A DNA stretch of 63,974 nucleotides, counting the filler, from the NCBI GenBank assembly GCA_964501035.1. It is 5 parts of 5 records of this genome, joined end to end, with 100 filler letters (N's around TTAATTAATTAA, not from the genome) between each part and the next. Parts side by side here need not be neighbours in the genome. Positions count along the whole stretch, not along the records: positions 1 to 15,689 come from CAZCRK010000037.1; 4 more parts are not named here. One strand, given 5' to 3'. Shown here in pieces: positions 1 through 8,118 of this stretch. Positions within the stretch are counted from its first letter, which is position 1. Every line of letters begins with the position of its first letter. Made by a program: the position numbers and the translations under genes. The notes under the pieces were generated by a model. The model saw only the letters and a list, made by a program, of their open reading frames with translations, searched no databases and was not told the DNA's origin.

Positions 1-356
1 TCGTTTGTTGCAGTTGAAGATTGGGTGTCAATATAATCTAAAATTTGACCTGCAAGTGTTTCATTCATACCAGCAGATGCAATCATAGGAATACCATTGG
101 ATTCTTTTAATATTTTTTGAGCATATGCATCACCAGATGCCAACACACCCGTTGGGTCAAGCATCCATTTCACAAGCCAATCACGGTCGGCTCGCTCACT
201 TACACCTTTTAAATCTGGACCAATTGTTTTACCACCCCCAATGGTGTGACATGCTTTACAATTTTGATTAAAATATTGTTCTACATCTTGAGCAGACAAT
301 AGTCCTATTGATAAAAACATAAAACTGATTATGACAAATCCAAAAATTCTTCTCAT
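1..356 (-). CDS. c-type cytochrome, N-terminal part (runs off the window edge)
   Basis: Not in ORF track. Manual translation from ATG at 356 gives MRRIFGFVIISFMFLSIGLLSAQDVEQYFNQNCKACHTIGGGKTIGPDLKGV..., a signal peptide followed by a CxxCH heme motif. AAGGA RBS upstream; no stop before position 1. Confidence 0.9.
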   Translation of the reverse strand, partial: MRRIFGFVIISFMFLSIGLLSAQDVEQYFNQNCKACHTIGGGKTIGPDLKGVSERADRDWLVKWMLDPTGVLASGDAYAQKILKESNGIPMIASAGMNETLAGQILDYIDTQSSTATN

Positions 357-438
357 TCTTTGATTTCCTTTTAAATCTTATAAATATCCTGACGAACAAG
401 GCTTGACTTTTGGGTTTTACACCCTAATCAAGTCCACG

Positions 439-464
439 AATTTATGATTTTACAATCATAAATT
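439..464. promoter_or_regulatory. Perfect 11-4-11 inverted repeat, candidate operator of the cytochrome c gene
   Basis: AATTTATGATT-TTAC-AATCATAAATT, overlapping a TAAATT -10-like hexamer on the minus strand. Confidence 0.45.
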
Positions 465-622
465 AAAAGAATTATTTACCTTTTAACTTATTTATCTTCT
501 TTATGATTGTATTTTATGAGGAAAATAGAAAAAATATTTTATTAAATTATGATAGATATTTTGCAAATAATGGTTAAGATATTGAATTTAAACCCTTGCA
601 TCTTAAATAAAATAAAATATAC

Positions 623-1390
623 TTATTCTACAGTTTCCCATCTAATTTCACGGGTAACATATTGTACATCATCTGCATTTGGAGTTAGGACTATTGTTTT
701 AAATTCTACTGTCTCTCCAGGCTCTATACTTGTATCTGTTATAACCCCTGATCTAAAAACCATGGTTGAACCATCTACAAATGATGAATCGGTGTATAAT
801 GGTTGTGTGTCTTCTTGCCATAAGTGATAAATAATTCGAGCAAAATCAGCACGTCTTAAACCTTCATTTTTAACTTTACCAGTATAAATACGTTTATCAG
901 AGTAAATTTCTTCAATAGCATCACCGACAAAAACAACTTGGGGTTCAGCTGGAGCAAGTTCATGTATTTCAACCACATGCCCTTTATCTATAGTCAGTTG
1001 ACCTATTTGTGTTTGCACCAACATTTCATCGGCATTTTCTACAATGATATTACCTTGAATTAATGTTCCATTTTCAAGTTCAATTTCATGTTTGAGCTGT
1101 GGTACTTTAACCAGCTTGAGTATGTCGGTACTTATGCTGGGTGAATACAAACGTGCTTCATATTCAAGAACCCGTGCTTCCAATTCAATCATTTGTTCTT
1201 GAATATCTTCAACGGTTTCTTGAATAGGATAAAATGCGTCTGAAGAATCCAAAAATGGAGTTTCATAACTTACAGATTTTTCCGTATTGCTTATCTTTGT
1301 ATCAGATTCTACCGATGGTGCTTTCTTATTAAATACTGAACACCCAGAGAAGAGTGTGAATATCAAACTAACAATAATAAACCGTTTCAT
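623..1390 (-). CDS. Hypothetical lipoprotein (coiled coil plus C-terminal FxLYD-like Ig domain)
   Basis: Lipobox LFSGC; heptad segment VEDIQEQMIELEARVLEYEARL; C-terminal YTGKVKNEG...IEPGETVEF pattern. Confidence 0.7.
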   Translation of the reverse strand: MKRFIIVSLIFTLFSGCSVFNKKAPSVESDTKISNTEKSVSYETPFLDSSDAFYPIQETVEDIQEQMIELEARVLEYEARLYSPSISTDILKLVKVPQLKHEIELENGTLIQGNIIVENADEMLVQTQIGQLTIDKGHVVEIHELAPAEPQVVFVGDAIEEIYSDKRIYTGKVKNEGLRRADFARIIYHLWQEDTQPLYTDSSFVDGSTMVFRSGVITDTSIEPGETVEFKTIVLTPNADDVQYVTREIRWETVE

Positions 1391-2517
1391 TTTACACCTC
1401 CTAACATAGCATTTTGCATTGCAATGTAAGATGCCATTCGGATTTGGGGTTTGAGTTGCTCATACTGTCCAAGTTCTGAAACAACATTTATAATTTCACT
1501 AAAATAAATATAGTTTTCTGGAATTTCCAACATTGCAACAATTTCATCTAACATATCTGGGTCATCAAAATTTGCCAGCCCACGAATTGCTTTGATTCGC
1601 AATGCTTTAGGATACCCCTCAGTTTTTGCAACTTCAAGCAAGGCAGGTTTAATAGCTGGATTTTCGAAATCTGTTAAACTATTCATCAAAGAATGAAGCA
1701 TCGCATAATATTGTTTTTTTCCTGCTTGGTATGATTCCAATAGAGATAAAACCATGCGTTCTTCTTGTATTCCATCCATTACATCTAATGCAAAATGACG
1801 CATCTTTTCGTTTGTCTCAGCATCACCCATCATCTCCACAAAAAAGTCAACCAATTCTGGGGCATTTTTGCGAGATAATATTTCTACTGCTCTGTTTCGA
1901 GTTCGAATATTAATATCAGAACTTTGTGCAATCTCCATTAAAATGGGGATACTTCTATCATCATCCATTGCGCCTAAAGTGAGAGTTAATAACTCATTCA
2001 TTCTTGCGTGGTTAGTTAAACTCACTTCATAAAGTTCCACTAAGGTTAGTATCTCGTCTTCAGAACCATTACGTCCAATTGCATCCACTATACTTTCGCG
2101 AATGGTCATAATTTTGTCTTCTGTAACAGCAAGCCCACCAACTAAGGCTTTTGTAGATGAGAGCTCTCCTTTTTCAACCACTATTTTTACCGACTCCAAT
2201 AGCAAATCCATTTCCAACAAATTGGCTGTTTCTACTGATTCTGTTAATGCAGTCATTACATTTGGGTGATCACTTTCTGCCAACACTTTTAATGATGCCA
2301 TTCGAACATCATAGGGTTGATTTCTATCTTGATAAATTTCAATAAGTGTATTGAGTGATTTATGTTTTCCAGATTTAAACAGTTGGTGATGTTTTTCAAC
2401 GTCTTCCAACGAATACGGTGTTTGTTTTATAACTAAATTCCCAGACTGAATAGCACATCCACTCATGAAAATTGTTATAAATATCATATAAATGAGTTGT
2501 TTCATCAACGTTTCCAT
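1387..2517 (-). CDS. HEAT-repeat lipoprotein
   Basis: Lipobox FMSGC (start may be ATG 2505); repeated VRMASLKVLA / TRNRAVEILS / LRIKAIRGLA HEAT-like helices. Confidence 0.75.
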   Translation of the reverse strand: METLMKQLIYMIFITIFMSGCAIQSGNLVIKQTPYSLEDVEKHHQLFKSGKHKSLNTLIEIYQDRNQPYDVRMASLKVLAESDHPNVMTALTESVETANLLEMDLLLESVKIVVEKGELSSTKALVGGLAVTEDKIMTIRESIVDAIGRNGSEDEILTLVELYEVSLTNHARMNELLTLTLGAMDDDRSIPILMEIAQSSDINIRTRNRAVEILSRKNAPELVDFFVEMMGDAETNEKMRHFALDVMDGIQEERMVLSLLESYQAGKKQYYAMLHSLMNSLTDFENPAIKPALLEVAKTEGYPKALRIKAIRGLANFDDPDMLDEIVAMLEIPENYIYFSEIINVVSELGQYEQLKPQIRMASYIAMQNAMLGGVK

Positions 2518-2542
2518 TCTAGTTTATTATTTTTAAATGAAA

Positions 2543-3289
2543 TCAAACTATTTCTTCCCAATTTCCTTGCCAAAGTCCTAATTCATCCCATTTTGTTATA
2601 GTATAATTATGCAACCAATCTCCTAAAAATACTAGGTGTTTCCCGTTTTTTTCTTCAATACCGGTTTGGTGATAATGACCAACCATTACGATATCAGTAC
2701 CATTTTTCCACTCAGTTTTTGCATAATTTCGAACTTCATCTCGTACTTTTTCGTTTCTCGGATGAGGTGTGTTTCGCAAAAGTTTTTTATCTGTTCCAGA
2801 TACTTTACCTGCTAACCAACACCCCCACTTTGCAGGATATAATTTAAATAAAAATATACACATATTACTTCGTATAATTTTTTTCATAAACCGATACCCT
2901 TTATCCCACGACAACAAACCATCCCCGTGAGTTATATGAAACGTTTTCCCATCCAATTCAAACATCAATGCTCCATCATGGGTTGTAATTCCGCATTCTT
3001 CCTGCAGATACCCAAAGTCCCAATAATCGTGATTACCGAGTATATAATGAATATCAACCCCACTATTTCTAAGTTCTGAAAGTTGGTTAAGGATTTCTGT
3101 GTAAAAAGGGGGAATAACATTGGGATAATCAAACCAAAAATCGAAAAAATCACCAGCGATTATCAATGATCCCCCCGTAGATTTAATTTTATCAAACACA
3201 GAGTACATTTTTATGCGTCGCTCAACCTCTGGTTTTGAAAGATTCATTTGAAAATGATTATCTGAAATGATGTATATAGGGGATTTCAT
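2543..3289 (-). CDS. lpxH: UDP-2,3-diacylglucosamine hydrolase (LpxH family metallophosphoesterase)
   Basis: Motifs ISDNH, GDFFDFW, GNHD, HGDG, GHYH, LGDW. Start placed at ATG 3289 (MKSPIY). Confidence 0.85.
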   Translation of the reverse strand: MKSPIYIISDNHFQMNLSKPEVERRIKMYSVFDKIKSTGGSLIIAGDFFDFWFDYPNVIPPFYTEILNQLSELRNSGVDIHYILGNHDYWDFGYLQEECGITTHDGALMFELDGKTFHITHGDGLLSWDKGYRFMKKIIRSNMCIFLFKLYPAKWGCWLAGKVSGTDKKLLRNTPHPRNEKVRDEVRNYAKTEWKNGTDIVMVGHYHQTGIEEKNGKHLVFLGDWLHNYTITKWDELGLWQGNWEEIV

Positions 3290-3340
3290 GCACGAAAAAT
3301 TACACTCACTATAATACATTGTCATAATTGAAAATATTAG

Positions 3341-3386
3341 TTGCGTATTTACGCATAAATATTTTAACTTATGCGTGTTGACGCAA
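3341..3386. promoter_or_regulatory. Twin palindromic operator boxes TGCGT-N4-ACGCA, probable ArsR/SmtB binding sites
   Basis: TTGCGT-ATTT-ACGCAT at 3341-3356 and ATGCGT-GTTG-ACGCAA at 3371-3386, 30 bp apart, directly upstream of the operon containing the ArsR gene. Confidence 0.65.
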
Positions 3387-3413
3387 GTATATTAACAAAT
3401 TAAGGAGTTAGAA

Positions 3414-3656
3414 ATGAATTGTGAAAACAGTAAATCTTGTCAATATTTATATGGACTTGTTGACTTAATAACGTTTGTTGGGGGTGCATATTTAGTAAGT
3501 ATTGGCTTATTTGGGCAATGTTGTGCTACCTGTTGTGGACACCTCGCTGTTTTTGGTTTACCACTTATTGTGCTTGGTTTTGTTATTCGAGCGTGGAGAG
3601 GTAAATGTTGCTGTTGCTCATGTTGTTCTGATACGTGCTGTACTGAATCAGAATAG
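3414..3656 (+). CDS. Small cysteine-rich membrane protein (metallothionein-like tail)
   Basis: AAGGAG RBS; two hydrophobic helices; 14 Cys in 80 aa, including CCATCC and CCCCSCCSDTCC. Confidence 0.75.
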   Translation: MNCENSKSCQYLYGLVDLITFVGGAYLVSIGLFGQCCATCCGHLAVFGLPLIVLGFVIRAWRGKCCCCSCCSDTCCTESE

Positions 3657-3670
3657 ATTGAGAGAATAAT

Positions 3671-3988
3671 ATGGGAAGTTGTTGTGGTAAATCCTTGTTA
3701 AATCAATGTAAATCCTTTTTATCTGGGAATTTTTTCAAGGCATTTAGTGATAATAGTCGATCAGAAATAGTACTTCTCATCATGGAACATGGGCAAATGA
3801 CTGTTGGGCAGGTTTCAGAAAAAGTGAATATTAACCAGTCGAACGTGTCACGTCATTTGTCTATGATGCATGAATCCGGAATTATGACCAAAACAAAACA
3901 GGGTCGTGAAGTGAAGTACGGACTCGATTTTCAATCTATCAAGAAAAATTTGAATACATTTTTAGATAGTTTGAATTCGTGTTGTTAA
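3671..3988 (+). CDS. ArsR/SmtB family transcriptional regulator
   Basis: FFKAFSDNSRSEIV...QSNVSRHLSMM...GREVKY winged-HTH signature; CC pairs at both termini. Confidence 0.92.
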   Translation: MGSCCGKSLLNQCKSFLSGNFFKAFSDNSRSEIVLLIMEHGQMTVGQVSEKVNINQSNVSRHLSMMHESGIMTKTKQGREVKYGLDFQSIKKNLNTFLDSLNSCC

Positions 3989-3989
3989 T

Positions 3990-4191
3990 ATGAATTTAAA
4001 ACAATACAAACTCAGAAAAGACCAACGTTTATTCTTTTTTATTTCTAGCTGTTTTCTTTGGACAGGTATATTTATTGAGCGGAATTGAAAACATACATTG
4101 GCTCTTATACATTCCCCCGACAATGTTCTTCGGTGCATCTTTGAATGGCTATTTTGTTATGATGATATTAACGCAGAGATATTTTAAGTAG
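3990..4191 (+). pseudogene. Frameshifted small membrane protein (DUF2892/YgaP-like pattern)
   Basis: ATG 3990 frame reads MNLKQYKLRKDQRLFFFISSCFLWTGI and stops at TGA 4086. The +1 frame continues LLSGIENIHWLLYIPPTMFFGASLNGYFVMMILTQRYFK* (TAG 4189-4191). One extra T at 4071-4073 explains the break. Confidence 0.5.
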
Positions 4192-4600
4192 ATGAATTGT
4201 TTGATTCATCTATCAATGTATCTACAGCAATATCACATGCAATCAACCAATCTGTTTCAATAATATTATCTATTCCTTGAAGCAGGTTTAAAGTTTCACC
4301 TGTTGAAACAGTAATATAGGGAATATCTAAAATGTCTAATGTATCCACAAGAGAGTAAGCAGAATGCTGCCAAGGTCCAGGAAAAATGATGATTCCATCT
4401 GTTTTCTTGCGGTTTCGTTGTAAAAATGTAACTGCCTTACCCTCTTCATTGGTTTGAAGAAATTTACATTCAACATCAAACTTTTTTGCTTTTTGACGAA
4501 TACGTTTATTTATTTTGTCAAGGGTAACTTTCATGCCCGTTTTAGCAGATTTGATTCCAATAATATTTAAGTTTGGTCCGTGAAGAATTAAAAAACGCAT
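4184..4600 (-). CDS. aroQ: Type II 3-dehydroquinate dehydratase-like protein, catalytic residues missing
   Basis: LHGPNLN, QTNEEG and GIIIFPG match AroQ, but the REPxxYG and EVHLSN motifs are absent. Confidence 0.7.
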   Translation of the reverse strand: MRFLILHGPNLNIIGIKSAKTGMKVTLDKINKRIRQKAKKFDVECKFLQTNEEGKAVTFLQRNRKKTDGIIIFPGPWQHSAYSLVDTLDILDIPYITVSTGETLNLLQGIDNIIETDWLIACDIAVDTLIDESNNSST

Positions 4601-5259
4601 TATATTAACTCAATTACTTTATTAACACAAGATTCAACGCCTGTAAATACATCCGCAATATTTTCTGCTAGCATATATGCAGATGTTGTTACAATTTTAT
4701 TGTCCATATCTGTATGTATTTGGTTGACAGTTGTTGCAAAATGAACTGCTCCTGTTTTTTCAATTTCATGAGCAGTTGCTTCATCATTTCCAATGGTAAC
4801 TTCCGGGTTGACACGTGAGCCATCAAATATTTTTGCAATGAGTGCTGGAGCAATACAAATAGCACCAATGGGTTTTTTTTGGGCGTGCATATTTAAGGTT
4901 AATTGTTTCACGTCTTCATTAACCGATGCATTTGCACCATCAACTGCAAAGGTACATAAATTCTTGGCAGCACCAAATCCACCTGGAAAAATAATTGCAT
5001 CAAAATCTTCTGCTGAAATTGTAGCAATATCGATTACATCACCCCGAGCAATACGAGCGGACTCCTCTAATATATTGCGATTCACTGCATTCTCACTACT
5101 TTTTGCATGATTAATAGTATGCATTTGGTCTGTATTTGGAGCAATACATTGATATTGTGCACCTGCTTTATTAATGGCTAATAATGTTGCGGTTGCTTCA
5201 TGAATTTCTGATCCATCAAATACACCTGACCCTGCTAATACGACTGCAATCTTTTTCAT
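4600..5259 (-). CDS. elbB: Glyoxalase ElbB / ES1 (DJ-1/PfpI family)
   Basis: GSGVFDGSEIHEA, ESARIARG, PGGFGAAKNL, GAICIAP motifs. Confidence 0.92.
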   Translation of the reverse strand: MKKIAVVLAGSGVFDGSEIHEATATLLAINKAGAQYQCIAPNTDQMHTINHAKSSENAVNRNILEESARIARGDVIDIATISAEDFDAIIFPGGFGAAKNLCTFAVDGANASVNEDVKQLTLNMHAQKKPIGAICIAPALIAKIFDGSRVNPEVTIGNDEATAHEIEKTGAVHFATTVNQIHTDMDNKIVTTSAYMLAENIADVFTGVESCVNKVIELI

Positions 5260-5297
5260 TTTTCACACTCCATAATTTGAGAAATTACACAAAAACT

Positions 5298-5804
5298 CTA
5301 ATGCTCTTCCAACTTTTTCCGATACAATTCAACAATCTTTTGATGACAAATAAAGGCAAGTTCGGGCAAATCATCTAATGGAAAAAAACCAACCTCAGAG
5401 GCATCATCGCCTGCCTGCAATGGAGACCAATCTTCAATTTTCATTTCTAATCCCATGAGCAATACATCGCCGAACATCGTATCAAAATGAGAACAATTGC
5501 CCAGTAAGTCAACTGCTTTACCACATAAGTTGGTTTCTTCCAACAATTCACGTTCTCCCGCTTGTTCTAAGGTTTCGTTACATTCCATAAAACCGCCGGG
5601 GAGGTTCCACATGCCTTTTGCCGGGTCAAACGCTCTACGGACTAAAAGTAAATCATTATCTTTGGGGCAAATTAGCGTAGCCGTAGGTTTGGGGTTTTCA
5701 TAATGAATGGTATTACAATTCGTACAATGACTACGATCACGCCCTTCGATATGTGAAATAGTATTTAACTGCCCACAATTTGAACAATATTCTAAATGTC
5801 CCAT
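5298..5804 (-). CDS. NUDIX hydrolase with N-terminal zinc ribbon
   Basis: CSNCG...CTNC ribbon; Nudix box PGGFMECNETLEQAGERELLEETNL. Confidence 0.92.
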   Translation of the reverse strand: MGHLEYCSNCGQLNTISHIEGRDRSHCTNCNTIHYENPKPTATLICPKDNDLLLVRRAFDPAKGMWNLPGGFMECNETLEQAGERELLEETNLCGKAVDLLGNCSHFDTMFGDVLLMGLEMKIEDWSPLQAGDDASEVGFFPLDDLPELAFICHQKIVELYRKKLEEH

Positions 5805-5884
5805 TCTGTAATTTAGGGAGAAATATAAATTGATAATGTAAATGATATTGTTCTAAATAACTAAAACAATTAAGGAGAATAGGC

Positions 5885-6054
5885 ATGGGAAATATAGTTA
5901 AAGCAGGTATAATTGGTTTATGTTTTGGTGTCGGTTTTACATATATCGTAAAGTTTATTTATTCCAACAACTAATTTACAGTGGAGTTTAATTGCGGTTT
6001 CATTTGCATCCTTTTTTTGGATCAATCGCAGGGTTTATTGCTGGATCTAAATAA
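5885..6054 (+). pseudogene. Small membrane protein interrupted by two +1 frameshifts
   Basis: TAAGGAG RBS then MGNIVKAGIIGLCFGVGFTYIV. Successive +1 frames give SLFIPTTNLQWSLIAVSFASFF and GSIAGFIAGSK*. Breaks fall at AAA 5950-5952 and the T7 run 6012-6018. Confidence 0.5.
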
Positions 6055-6059
6055 CATAA

Positions 6060-6689
6060 TTACATTATAAATTTAAAACGGGAGTGAACCTCACACCCCG
6101 TTTTGTGTAGTCGTTTTTGGGAGTTGTGACCACGTGATACCAAAATACATTTCACACCAATTGCATGTGCAACCTCTGCATCATGGGTGGTATCTCCAAT
6201 AAATAGAATTTCATCTTTTTCAAATGGAAGCACATCCATCACCTTATGTCCAACGTGGGTTTTGCCATCAGCATAATGGTTAAGCAGTCCACAAATGTGA
6301 GTAAACTTATCTGCAATTTGGTAGTGGTTTACTAACCTATCAAGTGTATCTTGGTTTTGTGCAGAAACAATCGAATGGGTTATTCCCTTATCCAAACAGT
6401 CATTTAAAAATGGGAGTGCATCATCAAACAATTCTGCATCACATTGTCGTTCGTGATAGGCATCAATAAATTCCATTCCTGCTGTTTCAAAGGATTCCTT
6501 CTCTAAATCATACCCCAGTTTTATATAATAATCTTTTACCGGAAATGTAAAAATATCTCTATAAATTTCTTCAGTTATCAAAGGCATATTTCGTTTGGAC
6601 AATACTGAGTTCATGACATCCACAAACAACCATGTGTCGTTTAAAAGAGTGCCGTTCCAATCCCAAATGATATGTTTAATATTGTGCAT
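6060..6689 (-). CDS. HAD-family hydrolase (phosphoglycolate phosphatase-like)
   Basis: Motif I WDWNGTL and motif IV IGDTTHD. Confidence 0.9.
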   Translation of the reverse strand: MHNIKHIIWDWNGTLLNDTWLFVDVMNSVLSKRNMPLITEEIYRDIFTFPVKDYYIKLGYDLEKESFETAGMEFIDAYHERQCDAELFDDALPFLNDCLDKGITHSIVSAQNQDTLDRLVNHYQIADKFTHICGLLNHYADGKTHVGHKVMDVLPFEKDEILFIGDTTHDAEVAHAIGVKCILVSRGHNSQKRLHKTGCEVHSRFKFIM

Positions 6690-8020
6690 TAGTTTCGCTT
6701 AAATACAACTGTGAAGGAAATGTGTGTTTCACCCTGTTGTGGTACATTAATTTTAAATTGTATCTCAGAGGCATTTAATTTATCATAGTTATGTGATGTC
6801 TGAACAATCTCCCAATCTCCCGAAAGATGTTCATTCCAATGTATGCTTACCGCTTCATCACGGGTGTTTTTCAATTGTAGATGTACCACGCTTTCACTCT
6901 TATGTCGATTTAACTCAACGGCATCAATCGTTACTTTGGCTGTGATATCCATGGTGCTACCCGTATGAATTGAAATCGGTTCTCCTGTTTGGGTTAGTGG
7001 AATATTTACAGATCCTACAAATGTTTTGTGTTGGTTATCTGTTTCAATCACATTTACACTTCCTGCAGGGATATGAAAATCAGAAATTTCAGAGGAATTA
7101 AAGCGATGTTTTACTTGAATTGGCATATCACTTTTACTGGTTTGTGAATGAAATCGCAACGAGTGATTGGTGAAATACTCTCGGGTTATAGGAATATTAT
7201 CACCATCAAAAAATGCAACATGTTTACTCGAGTTTCCTCGAATATCAATGGGTTGATGTAATCTAAATTTTATGTAATCAGTTGTTTTTGAAATTGATGA
7301 AACATCCATTATACTATTGGCCTCTAATGATCGCATCATTTTGGGTTGGGGGGCATTTTGTTGATGCACCGTTCCTGAAACCATAGAAACATCCACATTA
7401 ATATACGGAGTTTCTGAGTTATTCGTAATCACATACCACGCAGACCATATTCCATTATTGGATTCGTCAACCAATAGTTCATATTCTGCTTTCCAAGTTA
7501 ATCCAGATACAAAATAGGATACATCTACATCACAGGGGGTTGTAATATTTTTCACATTACAAACCAGATGGGGAGATGGTTGAAACTGTATGTCTTTGGG
7601 GTCAAAAATGGGTGTTAATGGTGGGTTAAACTCATACATTCCATCAATTTCATATAACCTTCCATTGCTGAGTGAAATCAATTTTCCATTTTTTTCAACA
7701 GATATTTCTCCATATTTGTCGTATCTCACAAGCTTAACATTTTTCCCAATATATTGTTTTAAAAATTCAACTTCTGAAATAGATTGAACATGCAGTTCTT
7801 TAGACAACATATCTAAACAATCAGAATCTAGTTGAATATGCTCGTTTTGAATATTTTTGGGCAGATTTTCAATCGTTACTATAGAACTTGGTTTGTCAAA
7901 AGAATTAATAGTTCTGTTTTCTTGAATAAAACTATTTCCATTTTCATATATTGTAATTTGTGCATTTTCAACTGCAAACAGTATCCCAAAACCACTTATG
8001 ATGAGTCCAAATTTTTTCAT
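6689..8020 (-). CDS. DUF4139-domain secreted protein
   Basis: Signal peptide; ITIYEN start and VSYFVSGLTWKAEYEL...ITNNS motifs typical of the family. Confidence 0.75.
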   Translation of the reverse strand: MKKFGLIISGFGILFAVENAQITIYENGNSFIQENRTINSFDKPSSIVTIENLPKNIQNEHIQLDSDCLDMLSKELHVQSISEVEFLKQYIGKNVKLVRYDKYGEISVEKNGKLISLSNGRLYEIDGMYEFNPPLTPIFDPKDIQFQPSPHLVCNVKNITTPCDVDVSYFVSGLTWKAEYELLVDESNNGIWSAWYVITNNSETPYINVDVSMVSGTVHQQNAPQPKMMRSLEANSIMDVSSISKTTDYIKFRLHQPIDIRGNSSKHVAFFDGDNIPITREYFTNHSLRFHSQTSKSDMPIQVKHRFNSSEISDFHIPAGSVNVIETDNQHKTFVGSVNIPLTQTGEPISIHTGSTMDITAKVTIDAVELNRHKSESVVHLQLKNTRDEAVSIHWNEHLSGDWEIVQTSHNYDKLNASEIQFKINVPQQGETHISFTVVFKRN

Positions 8021-8118
8021 AATTCTCCCAATTTTCTACAAAATTATTGTTTCTTCCTCTTGTTTAAAGAATAGAATCCTCCTAAATTTATCGATAATAT
8101 ATGCTCACAAGAAACAAA

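Noticed and set aside
4086..4088. TGA in the small ORF after arsR as a second selenocysteine
   Set aside because: No redox-motif context or clear hairpin; the +1 frame gives a much more coherent membrane protein.
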